The translations under genes were made by a program, and so were the position numbers. A DNA stretch of 53,531 nucleotides from a virus (taxonomy: Duplodnaviria; Caudoviricetes): the IMG/VR virus record IMGVR_UViG_3300020045_008912, positions 1 to 53,531 of that record; one strand, 5' to 3'. Below, piece after piece: positions 53,220 through 53,531 of this stretch. The notes under the pieces are model-generated. The model was not told where the DNA came from. It made no database searches and saw only the letters and a list, made by a program, of their open reading frames with translations. Position 1 is the stretch's first letter, and every line of letters starts with the position of its first letter.

Positions 53220-53531
53220 TTAAAGTATTTGTTTAACTAAATAATCCGCCTCTTTTTGACTTAATCCGCCCGGGTCTCCTTCGATATCTACTCTAAAGCT
53301 ATCTACACCTCTAAACTTTAAATCCGCCACCAGTTTATTAGCTTGTATGATTGCCTGAGGGTCACTGTCGAATAATACGGCAACCCTTTTAAATTGCTTT
53401 TTGATTTGACGCACTTGACTAGGTTTATATTTTATTCCGCTGACTGCAAAAGAATTGCTTCCCATCCTCCAAACATCCGTAGGCCCTTCCACACAAATAC
53501 CCGTTTCCTTCCATTTATTCTGAGCACCATA
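53220..53531 (-). CDS. DNA primase, C-terminal TOPRIM part (continuation of 1..706)
   Basis: CVEGPTDVW and VLFDSDPQA TOPRIM motifs, GDPG. Confidence 0.9.
   Translation of the reverse strand, partial: YGAQNKWKETGICVEGPTDVWRMGSNSFAVSGIKYKPSQVRQIKKQFKRVAVLFDSDPQAIIQANKLVADLKFRGVDSFRVDIEGDPGGLSQKEADYLVKQIL
53411..53531. repeat. Terminal direct repeat, right copy
   Basis: Identical to bases 1-121. Confidence 0.95.

Noticed and set aside
53411-53531. 121-bp terminal repeat as a biological direct terminal repeat
   Set aside because: It falls mid-primase and has the exact-overlap form produced by assemblers on circular contigs.
1-53531. Stop-codon reassignment as in some Bacteroidota phages
   Set aside because: Core genes are full length in the standard code and tightly packed, and TAA, TAG and TGA all end genes.

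Overview
The window is an apparently complete, circularly assembled tailed dsDNA phage genome of siphovirus type. It has 53,410 unique bp: bases 1-121 repeat exactly at 53411-53531, and the primase gene runs across that junction. The + strand (about 4.2-30.9 kb) carries packaging, head, tail, receptor-binding and lysis genes. The - strand carries small early genes, an Mre11/split-Rad50/RuvC/RecA/SSB recombination block and a full replisome: initiator with iterons, DnaC-like loader, DnaB, primase, family A polymerase with an N-terminal UDG-like domain, beta clamp and clamp loader. It also carries a complete 7-deazaguanine DNA-modification cluster (queD, queE, queC, folE, a Cys-rich extra enzyme, queF, dpdA). 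Repeated TAnnTTTG promoter boxes and A-rich start contexts without Shine-Dalgarno sites suggest a Bacteroidota host (inference). I saw no integrase, tRNA, CRISPR array or reverse transcriptase. Main leads: (1) a MuF-ADP-ribosyltransferase head protein facing a convergent, separately promoted 46-aa acidic ORF behind a perfect 24-bp palindrome; (2) a likely preQ1-hypermodifying enzyme, plus a Met-Tyr-Tyr minigene and terminator ahead of the que operon; (3) a two-hairpin kissing-loop leader ahead of the replication initiator; (4) a small domain shared, with 26 identical nt, between the SSB and a packaging-module protein; (5) a recurring MxRTK N-terminal motif; (6) a polymerase ending in an SSB-tail-like DDLPF. 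All calls come from reading motifs by eye; no searches were run.
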